Shown here piece after piece: positions 1 through 10,978 of a stretch of 64,000 bases of DNA. The notes under the pieces are model-generated. The model was not told where the DNA came from and did not search any database. It worked only from the letters and a program-made list of their open reading frames with translations. The position numbers and the translations under genes were made by a program. This stretch comes from Methanocaldococcus sp. 28A (GTDB lineage: Archaea > AGJL01 > Methanococci > Methanococcales > Methanocaldococcaceae), in assembly GCA_049852185.1 (NCBI GenBank), contig CP187540.1, one strand, 5' to 3'. The stretch's first letter is position 1, and every line of letters begins with the position of its first letter.

Positions 1-182
1 TATTAAGTCAAATAGGTAAGCCAATAAATGAGCCAAAAGCATTAGATATAGAGATTATAACTGAAAATGGTTATGATATAAAGGATATTGAGCCAAAGGC
101 AAAAGAAATTGCTGATAAATGGTTAGATAATATTATGGAAGTTCAAAAAATGATTGTTGAAGGTAAAGTAACTACATTCTAA
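1..182 (+). CDS. mat: S-adenosylmethionine synthetase, archaeal type (3' end only)
   Basis: Frame from nt 3 reads [19 protein letters not shown]...VEGKVTTF*, the C-terminus of archaeal MAT; stop 180-182. Confidence 0.85.
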   Translation, partial: LSQIGKPINEPKALDIEIITENGYDIKDIEPKAKEIADKWLDNIMEVQKMIVEGKVTTF

Positions 183-218
183 ATATAAAATAATAAAAAT
201 AATTTTTTAATTTTTATT

Positions 219-986
219 TTATCCAATGTATCTTAAATCTTCTTCACTTGGTGGTTTTGCTTGAGCTGCTTTTAACATCTCTTCTTCAAACTTCTTAATC
301 TTTTCAATAAACTGCTCCATACCCTTAGCTCTTTTCTCTAACTCTGTCATATCAACTTCTATATTTTCAAGTTTGCAGAACTTTTCTAAGACAGCTTTTG
401 CAGCATTTGGGTCTATTAAATAGCCAGGAGTTTCTCCCATTAAGCAAATTCCAGGAATTCCATTTAAGTCTGCAAACATTAACATTAAGCCAGCAGCTCC
501 AACAATTCCCCCACCATCAGTTCTGAATAAAATTCCATGTTCTTTAAGATTTTCAGCAAGCTCTTTTGATGTTGTAGCTCCATAAACTTTAATTTCTTCA
601 CATAACTTTCCTACACCAAAACCTCCTAAAGTATAGACAAAGTTAGCTCCATACTCTATACCAATTTTAACAATCTCTTCAGCTAAGTGGTATTGACCAA
701 TTGGAGATAAAGCTTGAGTATTTCCTAAAACAACAATCATTGGTTTTGGTTCTTTTATTGCATAAAATTCAGCACACATATACTCTATAGTTCCATCATC
801 CTTGACTAAAACTTGTGGTGGAAAGTCATAGCAAAATAACTCTAAGAATTTCTCACCATTAAATTCATGAACTAAATGCTCAGCCGCTAACCTACCAACG
901 TGTCCAATTCCTGGCAACCCTTCAATTAATAAAGCATCTTTTAGAGGTTCAATGTCTTTTATTTTCCTTGTAATGATTTTGACCAT
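219..986 (-). CDS. PAC2-family proteasome assembly chaperone
   Basis: EGLPGIGHVG motif, GGIVGAAG, C-terminal LRYIG; GGTGA RBS. Confidence 0.9.
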   Translation of the reverse strand: MVKIITRKIKDIEPLKDALLIEGLPGIGHVGRLAAEHLVHEFNGEKFLELFCYDFPPQVLVKDDGTIEYMCAEFYAIKEPKPMIVVLGNTQALSPIGQYHLAEEIVKIGIEYGANFVYTLGGFGVGKLCEEIKVYGATTSKELAENLKEHGILFRTDGGGIVGAAGLMLMFADLNGIPGICLMGETPGYLIDPNAAKAVLEKFCKLENIEVDMTELEKRAKGMEQFIEKIKKFEEEMLKAAQAKPPSEEDLRYIG

Positions 987-1014
987 AAGTTATCACCTTT
1001 TATTTATTTAGTCT

Positions 1015-1674
1015 TTAGAGTTTTTTATATGTTTTTGCAAATTTCCTTATAAATGTTATTTCGTCAATTCCAATATTTAGTTTTTCTCTTATGATTTTCG
1101 CAATCTTTCCCTCTCCAAATAATAAAGCTACAGCTCCAGTGAAATTTTTTGTAGTTCTTTTTTCCTTAGCTTTATCAAAGTCAATGATGTAGGTTTTTTT
1201 ATCAGTTACTAAAAAATGCCTCCCTCCTTGTATTTCTTTATGTTCAATTCCAAGCATATCAAGTTTTAATGTTATTTTTAAAATATCTTCAACTACTTTT
1301 AATAATCTATCATTATCTAATTTATTGACGGCTGATTTCAACTCCTCCCCATCTATAAACTCCATAATTAGATAATCATTATCAAACTCATAAACCTTTG
1401 GGGCTATATTGTATTTTTGTAGGAGCTTTAAAAATCTTGCTTCATTTAATATGGTGTTTTTTGGACTGTCTGTTCTTGGAATTTTTATAGCTACTTCTTT
1501 ATTGTTATAAATTCCTTTCAATACAACACCTCTATGCCCTTTTCCTAAAACATCTATAATTTTAACTCCTTTATTTTCTAACTTATTTATTACATATTTA
1601 TTTAAAATATTTTCTGGTACTTTTTTAAGAATTTCTTTTTTAATTGGTATCCCCTCCAATATAGAGACTGTCAA
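1015..1674 (-). CDS. Atypical Ser/Thr protein kinase (RIO/Bud32-like); true start uncertain
   Basis: LGKGHRGVV glycine loop, VAIK, IIDFD; the track's TTG start lies inside an IS inverted repeat. Confidence 0.8.
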   Translation of the reverse strand: MTVSILEGIPIKKEILKKVPENILNKYVINKLENKGVKIIDVLGKGHRGVVLKGIYNNKEVAIKIPRTDSPKNTILNEARFLKLLQKYNIAPKVYEFDNDYLIMEFIDGEELKSAVNKLDNDRLLKVVEDILKITLKLDMLGIEHKEIQGGRHFLVTDKKTYIIDFDKAKEKRTTKNFTGAVALLFGEGKIAKIIREKLNIGIDEITFIRKFAKTYKKL

Positions 1675-2100
1675 GATATGGATTAAATAAAAATGTGCAA
1701 ATGATAAAAAAACTAAATCTTGGAAATGAAATTATGTATGGTTTGCTATCGATGTGATATCTAAAGAATGTTTAGGTATCTATTTCTATAAAGCTATATA
1801 CTATCTCGATACTATCTTATTCGTAAGAAGTTTGTAAAAAATATATTATTAAAATTTTGCTAAAATAAACCAAAGATTTTAGTTGATAGTGGTAAATGGA
1901 CACTGCAAAGATTAAGACTAAAATTTGAAAGAGTTCGATTTGGATTAAGAAACTGTGCAGAAATTTTCTCTCTACACAAACGAAGAACCTAATCTTCATA
2001 TAACTAATTCCCTAATAACAATAAATTCTCAATCGTCATTAGCTGGCTTAAATCTTTCCCTGCCCTATATAATTGGTTCCTATCCATATCTTGACGACTT
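1664..2100 (+). mobile_element. Internally deleted IS6-family element
   Basis: 14-bp TIR GTCAAGATATGGAT (1670-1683) / ATCCATATCTTGAC (2082-2095); interior aligns by eye with the transposase at 22842-23476. Confidence 0.85.
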
Positions 2101-2166
2101 ACATCATCAATAATAAAAATAATAAAAAATAAAGATTTAAATAAATGTAATGCCTAAAATATTATT

Positions 2167-2229
2167 ATGGCAGATGATGACGTTTATCCCCGTCTGAGTT
2201 GTGATGAGTAGCAAGCCGGCTGATGCCAT
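2167..2229 (+). ncRNA. Box C/D methylation guide sRNA
   Basis: C ATGATGA 2174-2180, D' CTGA 2194-2197, C' GTGATGA 2201-2207, D CTGA 2220-2223; terminal stem ATGGCA/TGCCAT; TATA-like sequence near 2136; T-run after. Confidence 0.93.
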
Positions 2230-2268
2230 TTTTCTTTTTTAGAGAGTCTGGCTGTATATCTTAACATA

Positions 2269-2829
2269 CAGTATCTACGAATATGCATTAAACATACACA
2301 ACGGAGTATTACGCATAACCATGATTGAATATTCGAACTCCTCTAACAACTTTAGACTTATACAAACCAGTACTGCCTCTCTCTTTATTTGTGAGTTAAT
2401 TCTAAAAATTATTACCCTAATAACCCTCAAAATGCGTATCTATCGATAGGCAAAAATTTCCATTGCTTTTTTTTAAATTGAATACGATTTTTAACGAAAG
2501 ATTTATAAACTTCTTTAAACATAGTATCGTTTGCCTTATTTATATATCGATAGTAAGAGTCTGCCGATGGATAATTTAGCTTGCTAATGTTCTCTAAATA
2601 TATATTATTCGACATCGCCTCTATAAATCCTCTTGTATAATCTTCAACTCGATAAATCCTTGGACAAATTTGAAGAACATTGCTTATGAATTCGTTAAAT
2701 TCATTAAATGATTTTATAGCCAACAATCTTATGTCGTTCATTGTTCTACCTCCTCCTATTTTTTTAATAGCTATTCGATATTATGAAATATTAACTTTTC
2801 TGTTTATTTTATGATGTTCGGAGATACTG
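2269..2829 (-). mobile_element. Truncated IS (ISH3/IS701-like) with transposase N-terminal fragment 2427-2741
   Basis: Imperfect 16-bp TIR CAGTATCT(A/C)CGAA(T/C)AT at both ends; ORF has a PSADS motif and breaks off; family call is inference. Confidence 0.7.
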
Positions 2830-2853
2830 TAATAAAATTATAGTGGGACTAAA

Positions 2854-3813
2854 ATGGATGAAGTAAAATTAATTGAAATTATCAAAAAAACTCTAAAGTT
2901 TTCTAATGAATATATAATAAAAGGCATTGATGATGACTGTGCAGTTATAAAACTTAATGACAATTTTTATTTAGTTGCTACGACAGATATGATGGTTAAA
3001 AAGGCACATATTCCTTCTATATTAACTCCTTACGAAATTGGAGGAAGAATTTTAACTGCAAATGTTTCAGATATTGCATCCATGGGAGCTAAGCCATTGG
3101 CATTTCTATTATCTATATCTTTATCTAAGGAAGAAGCAAATGAGAAGTTTATTAAAAATTTATATAAAGGATTAGATGATTTTTCTAAGCTTTATGACTG
3201 TCCAGTAGTTGGTGGAGATACAAATAGAGGAGATGAATTAATATTATCAGGAACAGCCTTTGGAATAACAGACAATCCAATTTATAGAAATGGAGAAGTT
3301 GGAGATGATATTTGTGTAACTAATGATTTAGGTAGGGTTTATTGTGCTTTAACTCTATATTATATGCTCAAAGATAACAAAATTAGCCATAGTGAGTTTG
3401 AAAAACTTTGCCAAAAATATCCAAAGATTATTGAAAAATTGAGAAAACCTATTGCAAGGGTTAATGAAGGGTTATTAATGAATAAACTCATAAATGGTTG
3501 CTGCGATATATCTGATGGTTTAGGAAAAGAAATTACTTATTTCAAAAATTTTGAGATATACAGTGATAAAATTTTTAAGGTTATTCCAAAAGATGTCATT
3601 GAATTTTGTGAAGAATTCAACCTAAATCCAATAAAAGTTGCTCTAAATAGTGGAGAGGAATTTGAGCTTTTATTTACAACATCTAAATTCAATAAAGTGA
3701 AAAATTCACTAAAAGGTTATTCAAAGATTTATAAAATTGGTAAAATTATAGAAGAAGGACAGTTTATTGATGGAGAGGAATTTTATGGAGGAGGATACAT
3801 TCACAAATGGTAA
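2854..3813 (+). CDS. thiL: Thiamine-monophosphate kinase
   Basis: GIDDDCAV, NVSDIASMG, GGDT, DISDGL, GEEFEL motifs. Confidence 0.93.
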   Translation: MDEVKLIEIIKKTLKFSNEYIIKGIDDDCAVIKLNDNFYLVATTDMMVKKAHIPSILTPYEIGGRILTANVSDIASMGAKPLAFLLSISLSKEEANEKFIKNLYKGLDDFSKLYDCPVVGGDTNRGDELILSGTAFGITDNPIYRNGEVGDDICVTNDLGRVYCALTLYYMLKDNKISHSEFEKLCQKYPKIIEKLRKPIARVNEGLLMNKLINGCCDISDGLGKEITYFKNFEIYSDKIFKVIPKDVIEFCEEFNLNPIKVALNSGEEFELLFTTSKFNKVKNSLKGYSKIYKIGKIIEEGQFIDGEEFYGGGYIHKW

Positions 3814-4285
3814 ATTAACAAAAAAAGAGAAAATCTTATTTTTGATAAAATTTTATATTATATTTTTAGTGATGTTTTTTATTTTGAATTATTTTGGAGA
3901 ATATTTAGTAGGAATAGTTACTTATCTAAGTTACACATTTACAAAAATAATAATTCCAAATGCGAGATTGATGAATAATTTTATATATTTACCAAACAAC
4001 ACTGTTGAAATAGTTAAAGAATGCACTGGAAGTTTTTTAATCGCTGGATTTTTAGCTCTAATTATTGTTTATTCTAAATGTATTAAAGAGTTTTTAATTG
4101 GATTATTTTTTGTATTGTTGGCATTTTTTGTAAATATTTTTAGGATAGTGTTGGTTTGTTATTTAGTAAATATGCATCCGAAAAATCCTTGGTTATATCA
4201 TGAAATTGCAGGATATGGGATTATATTAACGTTTGTTCCAATATTAGTTTTTGGTTATTTAAAAATTATTGAAAGAAAGATTTAG
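3767..4285 (+). CDS. Archaeosortase/exosortase-family transpeptidase (ArtE-like)
   Basis: Multi-TM protein with ECTG (Cys), NIFR (Arg) and YHE (His) triad pattern. Confidence 0.8.
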   Translation: MMERNFMEEDTFTNGKLTKKEKILFLIKFYIIFLVMFFILNYFGEYLVGIVTYLSYTFTKIIIPNARLMNNFIYLPNNTVEIVKECTGSFLIAGFLALIIVYSKCIKEFLIGLFFVLLAFFVNIFRIVLVCYLVNMHPKNPWLYHEIAGYGIILTFVPILVFGYLKIIERKI

Positions 4286-5097
<812 letters not shown>

Positions 5098-5334
5098 AGA
5101 AAGTTGATGCAATGATAATTAACTATATTATAATTAAATGCTCATTAGTTTTTTGGGTTTTTTGGTTTTCTTGGAGCAACCATAATTTCACCCCCGTAGG
5201 TTCTAATATACAATGAATTTGTGGGGTATATAAAGAAATATTCAAAAAATTCAACGTCCCTTTTTGAAGTTTATTTTAAAAAGGAGTTTGCATATAAATA
5301 ATATATAACAAAAGATAAGAACATATAAATAAAG

Positions 5335-5430
5335 TAATGTGTGGAAATTTATAATACTATATGAATGCCTTCCTTAAAGAAGGCATTCACTAATTCCTTA
5401 TTTTATTTAAGATAGTTTTGCACACAACTA
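5335..5430. repeat. Family A palindromic element, degenerate left end
   Basis: Central GAATGCCTTC..GAAGGCATTC and right TIR TTTTGCACACAACTA followed by TA. Confidence 0.85.
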
Positions 5431-5466
5431 TATTCTCAATTTGCAGATAATCTCTTTAAAAAAAGT

Positions 5467-5883
5467 GTGAGTAGAATGCCAAAAAAAGTCCATGATAAAT
5501 TGAAAATAATGGAAGATATCATAACTCTTGGTAAAAAAGGAGAAGAACTAACGATATATAACATCACAAAGAAACTCAATCAAAATATTAAAAACCTAAA
5601 ATGGACTGATATGGAAAAGCATTATATCAAAGAACAAACTATAAGTGATGCAATAAACGAACTAAAAAAATTGAATTGTTTAGAGATTAAGTCCATTGAA
5701 AAAACAAAAACAGGGAAAGAAAAAAAGATTTATAAACTAACAGAAAATTCTGAAAAGATTTTTGATATTTACAAAAGAAATTATTCAAAAATACATAAAA
5801 TTTTAAAAATTATGAAGTCTGATAATATTTCTGATGAAGAATTAGACACTATTATTTTTATATTAAAAAGATTGTTAAGGTGA
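5467..5883 (+). CDS. Putative winged-helix DNA-binding protein
   Basis: Basic 138-aa ORF; [15 protein letters not shown] helix followed by a wing ending KIYKLTE. Confidence 0.65.
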   Translation: MSRMPKKVHDKLKIMEDIITLGKKGEELTIYNITKKLNQNIKNLKWTDMEKHYIKEQTISDAINELKKLNCLEIKSIEKTKTGKEKKIYKLTENSEKIFDIYKRNYSKIHKILKIMKSDNISDEELDTIIFILKRLLR

Positions 5884-5887
5884 TGTT

Positions 5888-6910
5888 TTGAGTAATGATG
5901 TAATTGTTATTAATGGAAGTTATTTAGAAGGAGGAGGGCAAATAATTAGGACTTCTATTGCATTATCCGCTTTAACAAAAAAACCAGTAAAAATTATTAA
6001 CATAAGGAAAAAAAGAAAAAATAAAGGTTTAGCTCCTCAACATGTAGCGGCAGTTAAGGCAGTTAAAAAACTATGTAATGCTAAAGTTTATGGATTACAT
6101 GTAGGTTCAGAAGAATTAACTTTTATACCTTCAAAATTAGGTCCAAAAGATTTTGAAATTAATATAGGAACTGCTGGAAGTATATCTTTAATTATTCAAA
6201 CTCTTCTTCCTTTATCATTAGGAATTAACAAAAAATTTACAGTTAAAATAAAAGGAGGTACTGACGTTAAGAGAGCTCCTCCAATTGATTATGTAAAAAA
6301 TGTAACCTTAAAAATTCTTAGAGATTTTGGAGTATTGACAGAGTTAAAAGTTTTGAAGAGAGGATTTTATCCAGAAGGTGGGGGAGAGGTTATTTTTGAG
6401 GTTAAACCATCAAAAGTTAAAAAATTTGATTTAATAGAGCATTCTAAAAGTAACTTAGTTGAAGGAGTAGCTTATGTGCAAAATTTAGATGAAAATATAG
6501 CAAGAAGAATGAGAAAAAAGGCTGTAGATTTGTTAAACAAAGAAAAACTTAATTCCAATATAAAAATAGAATGTTCTAAAGGTTTTTCTACTGGAGCAGG
6601 GATGGTTTTATGGAACGATACTTTAGGAAGTAGTTGCTTAGGAGAGAAAGGTTTAAGGGCTGAGATTGTTGCTGAAAGAGCAGTTAATGAGTTATTAAAA
6701 GAGAGAGAAAGTGGAATGGCGTTAGATAAATATATGGGAGACCAAATAATTCCATTCTTAGCTTTTGGTAAAGGAATTGTTGGAGTTTCTATCATAACAA
6801 ATCACACAAAAACAAATATGTGGGTTGTTAAGCATTTTTTAGATGTAGATTTTGAGATTAAAGAGTATAAAGAAAATAACTGTAGTGGATTTGTTATAGA
6901 GGTGGTTTAA
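5888..6910 (+). CDS. rtcA: RNA 3'-terminal phosphate cyclase
   Basis: [27 protein letters not shown], catalytic His (TNHTKTN). Confidence 0.95.
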   Translation: MSNDVIVINGSYLEGGGQIIRTSIALSALTKKPVKIINIRKKRKNKGLAPQHVAAVKAVKKLCNAKVYGLHVGSEELTFIPSKLGPKDFEINIGTAGSISLIIQTLLPLSLGINKKFTVKIKGGTDVKRAPPIDYVKNVTLKILRDFGVLTELKVLKRGFYPEGGGEVIFEVKPSKVKKFDLIEHSKSNLVEGVAYVQNLDENIARRMRKKAVDLLNKEKLNSNIKIECSKGFSTGAGMVLWNDTLGSSCLGEKGLRAEIVAERAVNELLKERESGMALDKYMGDQIIPFLAFGKGIVGVSIITNHTKTNMWVVKHFLDVDFEIKEYKENNCSGFVIEVV

Positions 6911-7327
6911 ATGTTTGATTATTTTGAAACTACTGCTGATTTGGGAGTAATTGCAAAAGGAAAAACTTTAGAAGAAGCTTTTAAAGAAGGAGCTAAAGGA
7001 CTTTATAATATTATGGTAGATATTGATAAAATTGATAAAAAAGAAAAAATTGAATTTGAATTAACAGGAGAAGATTTAGAAGAGCTATTATATAATTTTC
7101 TAAATGAATTACTTTTTTATACTGATGTTGAAGGCTTAGTTTTTAATGACTTTGATATAAAAATTGAAAAAAATGATAAATATAGATTAAAATGCACCGC
7201 CTATGGAGAAAAGATAAATAAAGAAAAACACAATATAAAAGAAGAAGTTAAAGCAGTAACCTACCACAAAATGGAAATTAAACAGGAGGATGATGGATGG
7301 AACATTAGATTTATAGTAGATTTATAA
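6911..7327 (+). CDS. Archease (RtcB activator)
   Basis: ETTAD N-terminal motif and VKAVTYH C-terminal motif. Confidence 0.93.
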   Translation: MFDYFETTADLGVIAKGKTLEEAFKEGAKGLYNIMVDIDKIDKKEKIEFELTGEDLEELLYNFLNELLFYTDVEGLVFNDFDIKIEKNDKYRLKCTAYGEKINKEKHNIKEEVKAVTYHKMEIKQEDDGWNIRFIVDL

Positions 7328-7348
7328 ATTAACAATAAAAAATATTAA

Positions 7349-8425
7349 CTATTTAAATTCCCCTAAGATATTTCCTTTCATATCTATAATTATACAACTA
7401 AATTTAATTCCATCCCATCTTTCACTTAACCTTTCAACAACTCTTTTAGCAATAGTATCAAAAACATCTTTTAAAACACCTTTTTCATTTAAAATTTTAA
7501 TAACCTCCTCTGTTGTATTTGCATATAAAATTTTTTTTATTGCCTCTTTGTCATCAATAAATAGAGATGAATAAGCAGCTAATATCTCATTTCTACAATC
7601 AGCTACCTTTGAATGAGTATTATATATTCCTCCAGCCAATTTAATTATTTTTCCTGCATGTCCAAAAATTAAAATCTCTTCAACTCCTTTCTCTTTAGCT
7701 TTATCAAGCATAAATCCCCAAAAGTTTGAAACTTCAATAATCTCATCATCATTAGCATTTAAAAGTAGTTTGGCATACTTAGTTCCAATATTTCCAGGAA
7801 CAAAAATTAACCTCTTATAACCATTAGCTAAAGCAACATCTATTTGTGGTGCTAAAGAGTTCATATATGCTTCATTTGACATTGGTCTAACAATTCCAGT
7901 AGTTCCTAATATAGATAAACCACCAATTATTCCAAGTTTTGGATTTAGTGTTTTTTTCGCCAACTCTTTACCTTTTGGTATTGAAATGGTAACTTCTACA
8001 ACTTCATCATCACTTAACAATTTTAAAAGGTTGTTTCTAATCATTTCTCTTGGTTTTGGATTTATAGCTGGCTCTCCTTTTTTTATTTGCAAACCATCTT
8101 TTGTAACTATCCCAACACCTTCTCCTCCTTTGATAATAACATCCTTTTTTCCTTTTTTTAACTCCACTTCAGTAATAATTTCAATTCCGTTGGTTATGTC
8201 TATGTCTTCTCCAGCATCTTTAATAACTACTGCCTTAGCTTTATTTTCACATTTTTCAATTTTTTCTATTGGAATAATTAATTTATCACCATTTAAATTC
8301 TCAATCTCAACATAACTAAGTTTTTTTCCAAATTTTAAATAGTATAATGCAGAATAAGCCCCAGCAGCAGCACAAGAGCCAGTAGTGTAGCCAAATTTTG
8401 ATTTTTTCCTGAAATCATAAATCAT
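7349..8425 (-). CDS. cbiD: Cobalt-precorrin-5B C1-methyltransferase
   Basis: GYTTGSCAAA, KDAGEDIDIT, NPKLGIIGGLSILGTTG, GHAGK. Confidence 0.95.
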   Translation of the reverse strand: MIYDFRKKSKFGYTTGSCAAAGAYSALYYLKFGKKLSYVEIENLNGDKLIIPIEKIEKCENKAKAVVIKDAGEDIDITNGIEIITEVELKKGKKDVIIKGGEGVGIVTKDGLQIKKGEPAINPKPREMIRNNLLKLLSDDEVVEVTISIPKGKELAKKTLNPKLGIIGGLSILGTTGIVRPMSNEAYMNSLAPQIDVALANGYKRLIFVPGNIGTKYAKLLLNANDDEIIEVSNFWGFMLDKAKEKGVEEILIFGHAGKIIKLAGGIYNTHSKVADCRNEILAAYSSLFIDDKEAIKKILYANTTEEVIKILNEKGVLKDVFDTIAKRVVERLSERWDGIKFSCIIIDMKGNILGEFK

Positions 8426-8447
8426 AATCTCCCATTATTCCAAATTA

Positions 8448-8529
8448 TAATTTTGTGCAAAACTATCTTAAATAAATTTAATGTTTATTTCATTATGCAT
8501 AAAACTATATTATAAAACTGCGAAAGTCT
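8448..8529. repeat. Centre-deleted family A element (8448-8507) followed by a family B right end
   Basis: TTGTGCAAAACTATCTTA...TTTATTTCATTATGCATAAAACTA, then AAACTGCGAAAGTCT-TA. Confidence 0.75.
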
Positions 8530-8535
8530 TATTAA

Positions 8536-9684
8536 CTATCTTCTTCTCCTTCTTCTAAACTTTAATTTTTTCGTTATTAATGGGATTCTTTCTACTTCTA
8601 AAGCATCAGCAGTTGGATAAACCTCTGAGATATAGGCAGAAAATGTTATGGGAAATCTCTGCCTTTTCATCTCCTCAATAATATCTTCCAATATAAATGG
8701 ATTTAAATATATATTTTTATCAATAATTTCAAACTCAATCTCGTTCTCTTCCAAAATCTCAGCTATTTCTTTTAAATCATCCTCATTGTCAAAAATCATA
8801 ATACCTCTCAACAACAATCCATCTTTTGTTATAACCTCATAAGGTTTAGCAACATTCTTAGCTCTATTTATTAACCTATTTTTCATTTGTATAGCATCTT
8901 TTAAAACTGATGGGCAGTAGTTAATGAATAAATCCCCATTAAATTCTTTTAAAACTTTTAAAGCTGTTTCTTCACTTCCAGCAATTGCATTGCTTACATC
9001 ATCCTTCGGCATAAAGCCTCTTTTTTCCAATTCATAATAGTTCTCTTCAGAGAATTCAAGCTCATTGATGTTCATAAATTTGGCTATTCCATCAATTGCC
9101 TCAGCCAATTTTAATATATCATTTTCCATATTTGGGATTGCTGGAATTTCAACTCCAACATCTTCAATATACTTATTGCATAAGCTCAATTTTTCACATA
9201 AAAGCTTTATATATTCTTCATCATATCCTTCATTGAATATCTTTGTTGGATGCAACCTTATTTCATCCAGACCTGCTTCTTTTAAAAGTTTTAGGTTCTC
9301 TTCATTTACTGTTTCTGGAGTTGTATAGAGATGAGCATGAAATTCATCAAACTCTTTTTTTAATGCCTTTAAGAATTTTACAGTTCTATTTATTTTTAAT
9401 AAAGGATTTCCTCCTGTTATCCCAACCCCTCTACTACTGCATACCTTAGCTTCTTCTATAGCCTCTTCAACGGTGGTTATTAATCTTTCATTCGCATAAA
9501 TTACATCTTTATTTTTTCTCTTTTCAGATAAAGGGCAATAATAGCAATTATTATTACAAATTCCTGTAATAAATAAAACTAATTTTTCTCCTCTAACACA
9601 TTGCTGACATCCTTTAGGTAGTTTTTTATAATTTTTTTCTAAATATTTTTCAATATCTTCCACATCCATGATTTCACCTAACAA
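8536..9684 (-). CDS. Radical SAM protein
   Basis: CNNNCYYC motif; GGNPL. Confidence 0.9.
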   Translation of the reverse strand: MLGEIMDVEDIEKYLEKNYKKLPKGCQQCVRGEKLVLFITGICNNNCYYCPLSEKRKNKDVIYANERLITTVEEAIEEAKVCSSRGVGITGGNPLLKINRTVKFLKALKKEFDEFHAHLYTTPETVNEENLKLLKEAGLDEIRLHPTKIFNEGYDEEYIKLLCEKLSLCNKYIEDVGVEIPAIPNMENDILKLAEAIDGIAKFMNINELEFSEENYYELEKRGFMPKDDVSNAIAGSEETALKVLKEFNGDLFINYCPSVLKDAIQMKNRLINRAKNVAKPYEVITKDGLLLRGIMIFDNEDDLKEIAEILEENEIEFEIIDKNIYLNPFILEDIIEEMKRQRFPITFSAYISEVYPTADALEVERIPLITKKLKFRRRRRR

Positions 9685-9735
9685 AATATGAAGATGATTA
9701 ATGGATAATATACGACTTTTATATTTTGAAATTTT

Positions 9736-10793
9736 TTAGTTGTTATTCTTATCACCCTCCAAATAAACCGTATATGTTGGAAATGCCATTTCAATCCCTT
9801 CTTTTTCAAATTCTTCTTTTATTTTTAAGTTTATTTCATCAACTGCATTTAAATAATAATCAAAACCTATATTTCTAACAAAGTATTCTACTCTTAAATT
9901 TAAACTCCAATCTCCATATTCATTAAAATGAACCCTATATGGAGGAAGAGTAGCAGGATGATTCTCTACAATTTCTTTTATTATATCCTTGGCTTTTTTA
10001 ATTTTCTCAACTGGTGTATCATATGTTAATCCTATAGTTGTTAAGACCCTTCTCCTATCTCTAACTGTTAGATTTTCAATAGCTGAATTTAACAATTCTG
10101 AATTTGGAATTGTTATTAAAGTATAATCAAATGTTCTAATTCTTGTGCTTCTTATACCTATTTCCTCGACAATACCTTCTATGTTGCTAACTTTAATCCA
10201 GTGACCTAAACTAAATGGCTTATCAACTAATATCAAAATCCCAGCAATGAAGTTTTTTATTGTATCTTGCATAGCTAATGCTACAGCCAAACCTCCAACT
10301 CCTAAACCAGCCAATAGAGCAGTGATATCATAACCTACAGAACTTAGAGCTGTTAATACCCCAAGGACTATGGTTATTATTTTTATAATTTTCTTTAATG
10401 GCTTTATTATATGTTCATCAAGCTCTGTTTCTGTTTTTTCAGTTAATGGAATTAAATAATGCTCAAATATTCCATCTATAAACTTAACTGCAATATATGT
10501 GGCTGAAAGAATTACAACTACTTTTATACCTTCCTCTATTAATTTAAATATGTAATCAGGCAGAATTAAAAACTTTATACCTAAATAAAAGAATGCTGTT
10601 ACTACTATCACAATAACTGGTAAATCTATTGCCTCCAATATTATATCGTCAAGTTTTGTTTTTGTTTTATTTATAATTTTTTTTTAAGATAATTTTTTAC
10701 TATTTTATCAACAATTCTTCCAATAAAAACACCTAACAAGACAATTCCAATAAATATAATTATATCGTAAATAGTGTTTCCAAAAATCTCCAT
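9736..10793 (-). CDS. mscS: MscS-family mechanosensitive channel; full gene starts at 10793 and is frameshifted in an A9 tract
   Basis: GGGGTGA RBS plus ATG at 10793 gives MEIFGNTIY...NYLKK; after A9 (10677-10685) the frame shifts to IINKTKTKLDDIILEAIDL; ALAMQD and EIGIRST motifs. Confidence 0.85.
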
Positions 10794-10831
10794 TTTTGTT
10801 TCACCCCTATCTAAATCTAAATAATCGAATA

Positions 10832-10886
10832 TAGTTGTTGTGCAAAATATACCTTATTTTATTTAAAATAGTTTTGCATACTACTA
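10832..10886. repeat. Family A element, 55-bp deletion derivative
   Basis: TA-TAGTTGTTGTGCAAAA...TTTTGCATACTACTA-TA. Confidence 0.8.
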
Positions 10887-10978
10887 TAATTAAGTGCAAG
10901 TATTAGATATATAAAAATTTAAAAAATTATTAAAAAATAGATTTCAAAATATTTGTTAAAACCACTAAATATAAATAT

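Noticed and set aside
5259-5284. Inverted repeat CCTTTTTGAA/TTTAAAAAGG as wHTH operator
   Set aside because: Matches the family A interior (CCTTTTTAAAGTTTATTT), so probably a decayed repeat
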